Translations under genes and position numbers: made by a program
Notes under the pieces: model-generated
Told to the model about the DNA's origin: nothing
The model's database searches: none
The model's input: the letters and a program-made list of their open reading frames with translations, nothing else
Part shown: positions 10,704-20,813 of the stretch, piece by piece
How positions within the stretch are numbered: position 1 is the first letter of the stretch
Layout: each line of letters starts with the position of its first letter
NCBI GenBank assembly: GCA_963755715.1
Contig: CAVWLW010000072.1
Location: forward strand, 19,675-83,674
Source of the DNA: an uncultured delta proteobacterium
Lineage (GTDB): Bacteria; Desulfobacterota; Binatia; UBA9968
Direction: 5' to 3'
DNA: 64,000 nucleotides

Positions 10704-11291
10704 GTGCAGCTCTTTGAGCTCGTCAAACTTATGATCGAACAAACCTCTGGATTTTATGCTCGTGCGTTGCGAGTGATCGGTCAAGACCTGGCTGACTTGG
10801 TTCCGGAAAATGTTACGATCGAGCTTCAGGATGAGACCTTCATCGCTCATGGCCTGTGCACGAAAAGTAGAATCGATGAAAAAAATGCTTCTTCGCTGGC
10901 GAGTCTCAAAAAGGCTTTCGGCAAAATGGCCGCAGCGATCGTCCGGCCGCCGATACACGAGCCTGAATTGGAATTCGTGCCGTTCACGCGAACCTACAAT
11001 AGTGATGACATCGATCGCCTGGACGAGCAAGCAACGAATCAGCGCGGCTACACCGACGGCATGCCCGACATCTACACGCTGGGCGAACGATTGCGGACAA
11101 TTGGCAAAGTGATCGATGCGCGAAAAGGCCGGATCGTCAGAGTCTTCAAAGACTTGCATCAAATCGTGTTCGAGTATCGGGACGCTGACGGCCAATCGCG
11201 CAAAGAGGAACTGGACAACACCGAGTTGTATCAACTGCAGCAGCGCTACGCAGCAGAGCGCACCGGCGTCGAGGCGGACGAGTCGACCTAG
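10704..11291 (+). CDS. Hypothetical protein (paralog A; start may be ATG 10731)
   Basis: Full-length similarity to next ORF: ARALRVIGQDL...PDIYTLGERLRTIGKVID. Confidence 0.75.
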   Translation: MQLFELVKLMIEQTSGFYARALRVIGQDLADLVPENVTIELQDETFIAHGLCTKSRIDEKNASSLASLKKAFGKMAAAIVRPPIHEPELEFVPFTRTYNSDDIDRLDEQATNQRGYTDGMPDIYTLGERLRTIGKVIDARKGRIVRVFKDLHQIVFEYRDADGQSRKEELDNTELYQLQQRYAAERTGVEADEST

Positions 11292-11504
11292 CTTCATTAC
11301 GACAAAGATACTCTCTCGCGCTCCGATGGCGTTTGCGAGAAAAAACATTCCATTCGCGCCCCGCCCGGTAAGTTTTCGGGAATTTGCTGCCCGTTTGATC
11401 GCTGATTCTCAATCGCCCATGGATTCGCGAATTTCCGGCAGACCAGCCGGCACCCCGCTCACGCGGTTAAGTGATCAAGCAAACGGCCGATTTTTTTAAC
11501 TATC

Positions 11505-12101
11505 GTGAAATTACCGGAATCCTTCAAAGTAAAGTCGAGCGACAGCGGCGGATATTTCGCCCGCGCGCTCCGAGCGATCGGCCAGGATCTAAACGAGTTG
11601 ATCCCGCATCAAGTGGAAATTGTCTATAAAGAGGAGAGCTTCGAAACGCAGGTTCGGTGCGATCGCAAACGGGCGGAAAAAAAGAGTCCTCCAGCGGAGA
11701 AATCGGGTCTAAAAAACGTCTTCCACAAACTCGCCACTTATCGCCTCGATAAAGCGCCGGAAGGCGCCGATACGGCGACTTATGAGCACAGCTATCACCC
11801 TGAAGAAGTAAACCAATTGGATCGCGCCGGGTTGCATCGTCGGGCCCAAGCCGGCAAAGTCCCCGATATCAACAACCTCGGTGAAGCCCTTCGAACCATC
11901 GGCAGAATCATCGACGCCGCGGACGGCCAGTTAGTTAGAATATTTAAAGACCAGCGCCGCGTCGCCTTCGACTATGTGGACAAGAAAGGCGCGACCATCA
12001 AAACCGAGATGACTCGATCCGAATTGTTCAAAATTCAGCAGAGTTATTACGGGAACCGTAGCGGATCAAAAAACATCGATCTGTGGAGGGGTCACGACTG
12101 A
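11505..12101 (+). CDS. Hypothetical protein (paralog B)
   Basis: ARALRAIGQDL...PDINNLGEALRTIGRIID, colinear with paralog A. Confidence 0.75.
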   Translation: MKLPESFKVKSSDSGGYFARALRAIGQDLNELIPHQVEIVYKEESFETQVRCDRKRAEKKSPPAEKSGLKNVFHKLATYRLDKAPEGADTATYEHSYHPEEVNQLDRAGLHRRAQAGKVPDINNLGEALRTIGRIIDAADGQLVRIFKDQRRVAFDYVDKKGATIKTEMTRSELFKIQQSYYGNRSGSKNIDLWRGHD

Positions 12102-12231
12102 CCGCGAGTTCGCTCGCCTTTAATCCGACGCCAATCCAGCAAAAGCCAATCCGTTCTTCTCCCTCGATGAAGTCCGTTGTGCTTGGACTCGTCTTCTTAC
12201 GTGGAATTCAACGAAGATGCCGGGCAAGATG

Positions 12232-13092
12232 TCACGGCAGACGCAGCTTCGGATCGAGGGCGTCGCGTAGCGAATCACCGAAGACGTTGAAAGCGAACAC
12301 GGCGAGACTGATCGCCAAGCCGGGAAAAAGCGCCATCCAAGGCGCCCGCTCGGCGAATTCCACCGCCGCGCCGCGCAGCATCAAACCCCAAGCCGCCGCC
12401 GGCTCGGCGACACCCAAACCAAGAAAGGACAAGGACGCTTCGAGCAAGATCGCCTGGCCGAGAAATGCCGTTAACATGATCAAATAGGGCGCCATCACGT
12501 TGGGCAACAGGTGGCGGGAAATAATCCGCCAGTGACTCGCACCAAGGATCAGCGCCGCTTCAATAAAGAGCATCTGGCGCAACGCCAGCGCGCTGCTGCG
12601 CACCACCAACGCGGCGCGCGGAATCATCGGGATCGAGATCGCCAGTATGACGTTCCAAACACCGGAGCCTAAAACCGCCACGACCACGAGCGCCAACACG
12701 ATCAAAGGAAACGACAATAAGATATCCATGAGGCGCTGCATCAGCAGATCGATTTTGCCGCCGAAGTAGGCGCAGGACGCACCGATCAGAGCGCCGATGG
12801 TCGTGCCGACGAGAGACGAGCAAAAGCCCACCCACAGAGCGGTGCGCGAGCCGTAAAGGATGCGCGACAGCACATCGCGGCCGAAAGAATCCGTACCGAG
12901 CCAATGCCGCGCGCCCGGCGCCTGAAACATGGCGCCGTAGTCGTTTTCCAAGGGATCGTAGGGTGAGAGAAAATTTGCCAGCAGCGCGGCGATAATCATG
13001 AGCAGAATGATCGCCGCGCCGGCGCCGCCCAGCGGACGGTCACAAACGAAATTGCCGGCGATCCCAAACCACCGTCGAAGCATTGCGCGCAT
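12232..13092 (-). CDS. Peptide/nickel ABC transporter permease (DppC/OppC family)
   Basis: HWLGTDSFGRDVLSR, EAA..LGAS motif, GDSLRDALDP. Confidence 0.92.
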   Translation of the reverse strand: MRAMLRRWFGIAGNFVCDRPLGGAGAAIILLMIIAALLANFLSPYDPLENDYGAMFQAPGARHWLGTDSFGRDVLSRILYGSRTALWVGFCSSLVGTTIGALIGASCAYFGGKIDLLMQRLMDILLSFPLIVLALVVVAVLGSGVWNVILAISIPMIPRAALVVRSSALALRQMLFIEAALILGASHWRIISRHLLPNVMAPYLIMLTAFLGQAILLEASLSFLGLGVAEPAAAWGLMLRGAAVEFAERAPWMALFPGLAISLAVFAFNVFGDSLRDALDPKLRLP

Positions 13093-13118
13093 CGATTCAG
13101 CTCGGATCTATAAAACGA

Positions 13119-14072
13119 CTAGCGATAATGAATTCGGGGATCGAGCCAGGCGTAGAGCAAGTCGATCAAGAAGTTCATGAAAATAAAGACGAAGGAGACG
13201 AGCAGGACCAATGCCTGGGTCATCGTGTAGTCGCGATGAGTGATCGATTCGACGAACAGCATGCCGATACCGTTTAGATTGAACACCTGCTCGGTCACGA
13301 CCAGACCGCCGATCAGAAAAGCGAACTCCAAGCCGATCACCGTCACGATCGGCAAAAGCGCGTTGCTGAGCGCGTGCTTGACGACCACCGCGCGCTCCCA
13401 AAGCCCTTTCGCCCGCGCCGTGCGCACGTAGTCCTCGCGCAATACTTCCAAAACCGACGAACGGGTCATGCGCGTCGCCATGGCGGAATAGCGGTAGCCG
13501 ACGGCCAGCGCCGGCCAAATGAGCTGCGCCAAATTGGCGCGCGGATCAGTCCAGAATGACGTGAACGTCAGCGGCGGCATCCATTTGAAAAAGATAAGAA
13601 AGCCGAGAATGATCACGATGCCGAGCCAGAACGACGGCATGGCGAGTCCGCCGATGGAAAAAATCCGCACGGCGTAATCGACCCAGGTATCCTGCTTGAG
13701 CGCTGCCAGCGTTCCTAGAGGAATCGCTAGCAGCATCGCCACCACAGTCGCCATGACCGCCAGCTGTAAACTCAATTCGAGACGAATCTTGATTTCTTGG
13801 GTAATCGGCTGCCCCGTCCACATCGAGTTGCCGAAGTCGAAGCGCGCGACTCCGGCGATCCAATTGACAAACTGTTGCGCCAACGGTTTGTCGAGCCCCA
13901 ACTGCTTGCGCTCCCGATCGAGCGCTTCTTTGGGGGCAAAGGTGCCGCTGCCGGCGTACTTCAGCTCGACGATGTCGCCAGGCGCCACCCGCAGCAGAAA
14001 AAAAACCAACAGGGCAACGCCGAACAAGGTCGGGATCATCAGCAACAAGCGCTTAATCACGTACTGGCGCAT
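13119..14072 (-). CDS. Peptide/nickel ABC transporter permease (DppB/OppB family)
   Basis: YVIKRLL, DYVRTARAKGL, DLLYAWLDPRI. Confidence 0.93.
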   Translation of the reverse strand: MRQYVIKRLLLMIPTLFGVALLVFFLLRVAPGDIVELKYAGSGTFAPKEALDRERKQLGLDKPLAQQFVNWIAGVARFDFGNSMWTGQPITQEIKIRLELSLQLAVMATVVAMLLAIPLGTLAALKQDTWVDYAVRIFSIGGLAMPSFWLGIVIILGFLIFFKWMPPLTFTSFWTDPRANLAQLIWPALAVGYRYSAMATRMTRSSVLEVLREDYVRTARAKGLWERAVVVKHALSNALLPIVTVIGLEFAFLIGGLVVTEQVFNLNGIGMLFVESITHRDYTMTQALVLLVSFVFIFMNFLIDLLYAWLDPRIHYR

Positions 14073-14082
14073 CCATCAACTC

Positions 14083-14117
14083 TTTAATTTTCAATTTTTA
14101 ATTCTGCATTTTTAATT
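14083..14117. repeat. Five imperfect 7-bp tandem repeats (TTTAATT-like)
   Basis: tttaatt ttcaatt tttaatt ctgcatt tttaatt in a GC-rich operon spacer. Confidence 0.75.
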
Positions 14118-14120
14118 TCT

Positions 14121-15737
14121 TCACTGCGCCAGCCACACGTCGCGCAGGTCCTGGTTCACGTAGTGGCTCGGCCCGATTTTCCAGCCCTTGAGCCGGCTGC
14201 TGTGCGGCACAATCCGCTGCCACCAGAGCAGCGGGAATTGATAAGCTTGCTCGCCGATGGCGCGCCTTTCCATTTGCCGGATAAGCGGCAAGCGTTCTTT
14301 TAGATCGAGCATGCGGCTCTGGCGCTCGTAAAGCTCGTCGAGAGTCGCGTCTTTGTAGCGCGCGTAGTTCACCGCGCTGGCTTCGCTGCTCAGGTACTTG
14401 AGCAAATAGAGATCGGGCTCGTCCATGAACTCGCAGTCGAAATCGACGCCCGCGTCGAAATTTCCCTGGCGCAGATCGTTGAAATAGGGTCCACCCTCGA
14501 GCGGCATGTGCGTGACGTTCAAGCCGATCTTGCGCCACTGATCGACGACGTAAACGCCGCTGACTTCGTAAGGCTCTTTGACGTTGCGGTTTTTCAAGAC
14601 AAACGAGAACCCCTCCGGCACGCCGGCTTCCTTGAGCAACTTCTTGGCTTCTGCGCGAGCCGCGTTAATATCCTTGCCGAAACCGGGGAGCTTGACGAGC
14701 TCCGCTGGCGGCGTCGCGAACTCCGATCCCGGCCGGAACACACCGCCGACATATTTCATCACCGAGATCTGCGACAGTGCCTTCGACGCTTCGTTGCGGT
14801 CGATGGCCAGAGTCAAGGCGCGCCGCACGCGCGCATCGCTGAACGGCTTTTTCTCGTTGTTGAGCGTCAGCAAAATATTGCACGCCCACGGACTCTCTTG
14901 CACAACCGCTTTATTGCCGAGCGTTTTCACGATGTCGTCGCGCGCCGCCGGATTGAAGCCGCGAAACTCGACGATCGCTTGGCCGCTCCGCACCGCCGCG
15001 ACTCTCGGCGCCGTGTCGCGGATGAAGATCGCCCGAAAGCCGTCGAGATAGGGGCGCCCCGGCATGAAATAGTTGGGATTTTTCTTGCCGGTCCAATGGG
15101 AACCGGCCACGTGCTCACCGAAGATGAACGGCCCCGATCCCATCACGTTTTTCTCATACCAGCGCGGATCTTTTTTCAGGCGCTCGGCGCTGTAGATGAA
15201 GTTCCACGGCGAGGCGAGGTTGGCGAGAAACGACGCCGCGATGTGTTTCAGCTTGAAGACAACGGTCGAATCGTCGGGCGCTTCGACTTTGTCGACCATT
15301 ACGTACAAGGCCTTGCGCGCGCTGGCGACGCCTTCGGGCGGAAAAATAATCTTGTCGTAGGTCGCCTTGACGTCTTGCGCCGTGAGCGGCGTGCCATCGT
15401 GAAACTTGATCCCTTTGCGGATCTTGACGGTCAGCGTCAAACCATCGCGCGAGAAAGACCAACTTTCCGCGACATCACCGACGATCTTGGGATAGTTTTG
15501 CGGATCGAAGCGCAGCAACGTGCTGTAATGCGGCGCCACGGGATGAAGCATGCCGAAAGTCGTTTCGCGATGGCCGTCGAACGAGGGCGGAATTTCCCCG
15601 ACGGCAAAAACCAGCTCGCCGCCCGAGCGCGGACTTTCAGCGGCGCGTGCCGCGGCGGGAAGAGCGAGCAGCCAGCCGATCGCCAGCAACAGTTTCGCCC
15701 GATGACATGCGCGCCGCACTTTTTGCAGATTGGACAT
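14121..15737 (-). CDS. ABC transporter substrate-binding protein family 5 (DppA/OppA-like)
   Basis: Signal peptide; AESW, IKFHDGTPLTAQDV, GSGPF, DARVRRAL..AIDR. Confidence 0.92.
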   Translation of the reverse strand: MSNLQKVRRACHRAKLLLAIGWLLALPAAARAAESPRSGGELVFAVGEIPPSFDGHRETTFGMLHPVAPHYSTLLRFDPQNYPKIVGDVAESWSFSRDGLTLTVKIRKGIKFHDGTPLTAQDVKATYDKIIFPPEGVASARKALYVMVDKVEAPDDSTVVFKLKHIAASFLANLASPWNFIYSAERLKKDPRWYEKNVMGSGPFIFGEHVAGSHWTGKKNPNYFMPGRPYLDGFRAIFIRDTAPRVAAVRSGQAIVEFRGFNPAARDDIVKTLGNKAVVQESPWACNILLTLNNEKKPFSDARVRRALTLAIDRNEASKALSQISVMKYVGGVFRPGSEFATPPAELVKLPGFGKDINAARAEAKKLLKEAGVPEGFSFVLKNRNVKEPYEVSGVYVVDQWRKIGLNVTHMPLEGGPYFNDLRQGNFDAGVDFDCEFMDEPDLYLLKYLSSEASAVNYARYKDATLDELYERQSRMLDLKERLPLIRQMERRAIGEQAYQFPLLWWQRIVPHSSRLKGWKIGPSHYVNQDLRDVWLAQ

Positions 15738-15895
15738 GGATGATCTCCTGTGGAGAAAAAAACTTTCAATGCTGCGAGCGAAAATATGGGATTCGCCTTC
15801 GGAAAGTCAAGCTTGTCCTGCTCCTGATTATCTACGAGTCAACGGCTACGATACGCTTGACGCTTGCCTTTTGTCTGCTCTAGTCTTGACAGCAA

Positions 15896-17742
15896 ATGAT
15901 TATCCGCCGCCGAACACACCTTGTTTTACTGACGAAGTTTGCCGCCACGACTTTCTTGCCAATGGCCATCGCATGCGCGGCTTTGTCCGGCTGCGCGCTG
16001 ACGAAACAAATTTCGCCGAACACCTACCAGTCATCCAAGTCCGACCGAATCGCGCAAGCTCCATGAAATATTCGAGAGCTTTTTTGAGGCCGACCTCGCC
16101 CTCTTTCCCACTTTCGCCACGGAAATCGGCGACCATCGCTATGACGACCAGCTCGAAGTTACCATCAGCGAAGAGCATATTGCCGAGCAGCGCCGCCTGT
16201 TTCAGCGCGCGCTCCGTCGTGCCGGCGAAATCAAATTAGCCGATGTCGATTCGCGCGACCGTCTCTATCTCGAAGTTTTTACGCGCAATTTGCAGCTCGC
16301 CCTCGACGGTCTACGGTTTAAACAACAGCTCATGCCGGTGCGCCAACTGGCAAATCTCGCCGTCGAATTTCCATTGCTTGGCTCCGGCGCCGGCGCCCAT
16401 CCATTTCGAACGGTCACCGACTATGAAAATTTTCTAAAGCGCATCGACGCATTTGAAACCTGGGTCGACACGGCGATCGCCAATATGCGCCAAGGCATCG
16501 CGGTCGGAGTCATACAGCCCAGAGTCGTCATCGAAAGAGCGCTGCCGCAAATTGCAGGCGATGATCGTCACCGATGCCAAAACAAGTTTGTTCTATCAGC
16601 CGGTTGTTCGCATGCCCGGCGAATTCAGTGAAGCCGATCGTAACCGCCTGACGCGCGCCTATACGGAAGCCATTGAGCAGCGCATCGTGCCCGCTTACCG
16701 ACGTTTGCTGAGTTTCTTGGAAGGCGAATACCTCGACAAAAGCCGCAACACGGTGGCCTTATCCGACCTTCCGGACGGCAAAGCCTGGTATGAGTATCTG
16801 GTCAGGACTCAAACCACGACCGACTTGACCCCGGAAGAAATCTTTCAGTTGGGAATGAGCGAGATCGCCCGCATCAAAAAAGAAATGGAGCGGATGCGCG
16901 AGGAGAAGAACTTTACCGGCAGCTTGTCTGATTTCTCCCGCTACCTCAACGATCATGCGCCGCGCGGTTATCAAAGCCGGAGCGGCCTTATTCAAGGTTA
17001 TGAGACGATCCGACGCACCGTGGCGCCCGGGGTCGCAAAACTCTTTGGCCATGCGCCCAAGGCGCCGTTTGAAATCCGCACGATCGAAGAATTCCGAGAG
17101 AGATCGGCGCCCTCGCAGTATTGGTCCGCTGCGCCCGATGGTTCGCGTCCGGGAATCTTTTACGTCAACGCCGCGGGTATCGAGACCAATCCGCGCGCCG
17201 CTTCCGAGCCGCTCTATCTTCACGAAGCGGTTCCTGGCCATCACTTTCAGATCTCGTTGCAACAGGAGCGCGAAGATCTGCCGCGTTTTCAGCGTTTCGC
17301 CGACTACAACGCCTTCATCGAAGGCTGGGCTCTCTACACCGAAAGCCTCGGTCCCGAGCTCGGACTTTACCAAGAACCATCGCAATACTTCAGCCGGCTC
17401 AGTTCCGAGCTGTTTCGCGCCGCTCGTCTGGTCGTCGATGTCGGGCTGCATCGCAAAGGTTGGAGTCGCGCGCAAGCGATCAATTTCTTGATGGATACCG
17501 CCCTAAGTAGCGAAAGCGGCGCGACTCTCGAAGTGGACCGTTACATCGCGGTTCCCGCGCAAGCCCTCGGCTATAAGATCGGCCAGCTCAGGATCGCGGC
17601 GATTCGATCGAAGGCCGAGAAGGCGCTCGGGGCGAAATTCGATATTCGCGCTTTTCACGATGAATTGCTGCGGGACGGCGCGCTGCCGCTCGACCTTCTC
17701 GAACAGAAAATGGACCGATGGATAGCCCTGAACTCTCGCTGA
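15896..17742 (+). CDS. DUF885 family lipoprotein (frameshifts near 16055 and 16550)
   Basis: Lipobox LSGC after ATG 15896; GDHRYDD; HEAVPGHHFQ, EGWALYTE, QALGYKIG, FHDELL. Confidence 0.85.
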
Positions 17743-17901
17743 CGACGGCTTAGCGCGGCATCGCCCTAGCAAAAAAAGCGCACACGCTTCTCCTCAAGCA
17801 GACGACCTAGATGACACCGAACCTTGCGGCAGATCTATAGCGCAGATTTATCCTACCAAGTGGACTCCTAACGCCGGCGCGCTACAATAGGCTCTATCGC
17901 C

Positions 17902-18855
17902 ATGCGCGTCCCAAGACCCACCTCTGTCAATCAGCTGTCAATATTCAAAAGAGATCAGCTGGCGCCGCCGCGCCACGTCACCGGTAACGAGCGGCGCCGG
18001 GTAAATCCGAACCGCGGTGTGATCAAGCTCTCCGAGCGTTACGCGGATATATTTTTTTCCCGCTTCGTCTATCCCCTTTTCCGCCATATCTGGAGTCCTT
18101 ACTGCTGGGTCCTTGATCGCCGATTTCGTCTCGTTGAATCGAAGCTCTCCCCACCGGCATGGCCCCAAGGCCTCACGCCGCTGCGCGTGCTGCTCATAAC
18201 GGACATTCACGCGGGGATTTTTTTGAAACCACAGACCCTGCAGCGAATTACCCAGAGCTTGATGCAAACGAAGCCCGATCTGGTCGCCGTCGCTGGCGAT
18301 CTCGTCACCGGCCACGTCAGTGAAGCGAGGGCGTATCGCGACGCGTTGTCACCGCTCACTGGAGCGCCCCTCGGCGCTTGGTTTTGTTTTGGCAACCATG
18401 ATTATTTCGGCGGCAATCCCGATGACCTGCGGGCAAATCTCGCGGCGATCGGGATCAAAACACTGAAGAATGAAAGCGTCTTACTGGCTCATGGCGGCAA
18501 GAGTTTCGTGCTCGGCGGCATCGATGATCGGATCATGGGTAAGCCAAATTGGGACGGCGTCCTCGCCGCCCACGGCTCGCCGCATCTTTTGCTTTCGCAC
18601 AATCCCGATCACTTCTACGAGGCCGAGGCGCGCGGCATTCCGTTGACCCTGTCGGGCCATACCCACGGCGGTCAAATACGCCTTCCCGGCGGCCCCGCGA
18701 TCATACGGCAGAGCCGCTACTGTCTCGACGAAGGGGTCTATGCTTTTCGCTCCTCTTTGCTTGTCGTCTCGCGCGGCCTGGGCAGTGTCATGCTGCCGTT
18801 TCGTTGGGGCGCCGATCCGGAAGCCGTCCTGATCGAAATTGTTCCGCCCGATTGA
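17902..18855 (+). CDS. Calcineurin-like metallophosphoesterase (YkuE-like)
   Basis: TDIH, GDLV, GNHD, LSHNP, GHTHGGQ motifs. Confidence 0.9.
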   Translation: MRVPRPTSVNQLSIFKRDQLAPPRHVTGNERRRVNPNRGVIKLSERYADIFFSRFVYPLFRHIWSPYCWVLDRRFRLVESKLSPPAWPQGLTPLRVLLITDIHAGIFLKPQTLQRITQSLMQTKPDLVAVAGDLVTGHVSEARAYRDALSPLTGAPLGAWFCFGNHDYFGGNPDDLRANLAAIGIKTLKNESVLLAHGGKSFVLGGIDDRIMGKPNWDGVLAAHGSPHLLLSHNPDHFYEAEARGIPLTLSGHTHGGQIRLPGGPAIIRQSRYCLDEGVYAFRSSLLVVSRGLGSVMLPFRWGADPEAVLIEIVPPD

Positions 18856-19752
18856 TCAAGCGCGCGGCGCTTTGCCCTGCGGCAGCGCTTTGACTCCCAT
18901 GAACCCACGAAGCGTTCGGCGCACCGGATTATTTTCGTCATCGAGCTTGACGAGGGTGAAATGATCCGTGCCTTTGAACACCAGTTGTTGAACCGCCTTA
19001 TTACCCGCCGAGCGCAAAGCATCGGCGAACCGGTGCGCATCCAGCGGGAAACCGGTAAAGTCCTGGAAGGCATTGATGATCAAAAACGGTGGCGCATCGG
19101 CCCGGACGTAATGAACCGGCGAAGCCTGCCTGAGAATCTTCGGATCGCTGCCAAAATTTTTTTCAGTCGCCTGTCTCTGGTTATCCGAGACGTTCCACGA
19201 GGGCGCGAGATCGTAAAGGCCACTGATCGAAATCACCCCTGCCAGCGCCTTCGGCGACAGCCCTTGCCGGTTGAGATAACCGCGATCCAATGCCACCAAC
19301 GACGCCAAGTGGCCGCCAGCGGAGTGACCGGCCAGATAAACGCGCTTGGGGTCGAAGCCGTATTGGCTGGCATGCTTGATCAAGTAGCCGACGGCGGCGG
19401 CAACGTCTTCCGCCTGCGCCGGATGCCGATAGGCTGGTGCCAGACGATAACGTACCAATGCTACCGCCACGCCGTCGCGGGACAGGTTGGCGGCGATGGA
19501 CGGGCCGATTTGATATTCGTCGTCGGAGAGAAGCCAAAAACCGCCATGCACGAAAATAAATAGCGGCGGCTTCACCGTGGACGGCGGTGGCAAATAAAGA
19601 TCAAGGCTCGTGCGCCGGTCGGCCGTCGTCGCGCCGCGGTAGGAAATATCTTTGATCACCGCGCTATTTTTCTCGGCGGATAAAGAAGCGGCCGGCGCCA
19701 TTAGCGCCAAGCAAAACCAAAGCCCTCGGCAGGCGCGAATCGACTGCATCAA
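18856..19752 (-). CDS. Secreted alpha/beta hydrolase (esterase/arylformamidase-like)
   Basis: Signal peptide, HGGFW, GHSAGG, DHF. Confidence 0.85.
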   Translation of the reverse strand: MMQSIRACRGLWFCLALMAPAASLSAEKNSAVIKDISYRGATTADRRTSLDLYLPPPSTVKPPLFIFVHGGFWLLSDDEYQIGPSIAANLSRDGVAVALVRYRLAPAYRHPAQAEDVAAAVGYLIKHASQYGFDPKRVYLAGHSAGGHLASLVALDRGYLNRQGLSPKALAGVISISGLYDLAPSWNVSDNQRQATEKNFGSDPKILRQASPVHYVRADAPPFLIINAFQDFTGFPLDAHRFADALRSAGNKAVQQLVFKGTDHFTLVKLDDENNPVRRTLRGFMGVKALPQGKAPRA

Positions 19753-19819
19753 GTGCCGAGTCTCAAATCGCGCGCGAATAAATATTTCTCGACAGGCAGG
19801 CCGCGCAAAGTTCGACCGC

Positions 19820-20787
19820 TCATAAACCCAATTCTTTCTGCGCTTGCCTGAGATAGCTGAGATCGATGTATTTTTCCGGCGGCGGCAGCGCGCCTTTGAT
19901 GATGCCGTCCTGCGCTTGCACTTCGATATTGACCTTTAAGCCGGACAACGTTACGTCGCCGTTGATCGGATAGACTTTGTTCTTGGTGTAGTATTCGATA
20001 CCGCGCCGCGCGTACTGCGTCGGCAAGCCGAATTCTTTGTTGAGAAACTCCACCGTGTCGGCCTGATGCTCGAAGATCCAGTGTAGCGCTTGGATGTGCG
20101 CTCGGATGAACTTGACCACCGCGGCGCGATTTTTCTCGGCCCAGGCCGGATTGATGTTGATGTTGTTGAACTGATAGTTGGAAATAATCTCGGTCGTGTC
20201 GCCCAATTTCGGAAAGCCTTTGTCGATCGCGATATCGGAAAACGGCATCACCAGAACGGCCCCTGCGACGGCGCCGCTTTCCAGCGCGCTCAAGCGCGCC
20301 GGTGTGCCGCCGGCAATCACCGACATGGAGAAATCGCGCGGATGAATCAATCCTTTGCTTTTCAGATACGAAAGCAGGATCGACGTCGCGCCTCCTGACA
20401 AGCTATTGACTCCCAGCCTTTGCCCTTTCAGATCTTCGATCCTTTTGATGTGCTTGGCGCCGATGAGTTGATAGGGCGCCGCATTACTCGAACCCGCGGC
20501 AACCTTCAGATTGCCGTTGGTCCTTTCGTTCCAGATGATGATGTTGTCGGCGTTGATGTTGGCGAAATGCAACTCGCCGGCGACCAACGCCTGGAGTTGA
20601 ATATCGCTTCGGCCGATGCTGACCAGATCGACAGGAATGCCTTCCTTGGCGTAAAAACCTTTCTTTAGCGCAATGAAGAACGGCAGGTAGTTCAAATCTT
20701 TCGAAATGTATCCGGCCTTGAGGCTTTGCGCAGCCGCCGGCGCGATCATTGCCGCCAACAACAGAACAGCGAAAAAATATCGTTCAT
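19820..20787 (-). CDS. NMT1/THI5-family SBP (start ATG 20787 requires a 1-nt indel in the signal peptide)
   Basis: KKGFYAKEG, DLKGQRLGV, RLSALESG; RBS-like GGA upstream. Confidence 0.85.
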
Positions 20788-20813
20788 CGTCTTATCCTTC
20801 TCTCCGAGCTGAC

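Noticed and set aside
14508-15743. Long antisense ORFs (also 23787-24893, 27758-28654, 39821-40822, 55941-57095)
   Set aside because: Shadows of high-GC3 genes on the opposite strand; no motifs of their own
15730-16239. 169-aa hypothetical ORF
   Set aside because: Out-of-frame read over the DUF885 N-terminus and the divergent promoter region
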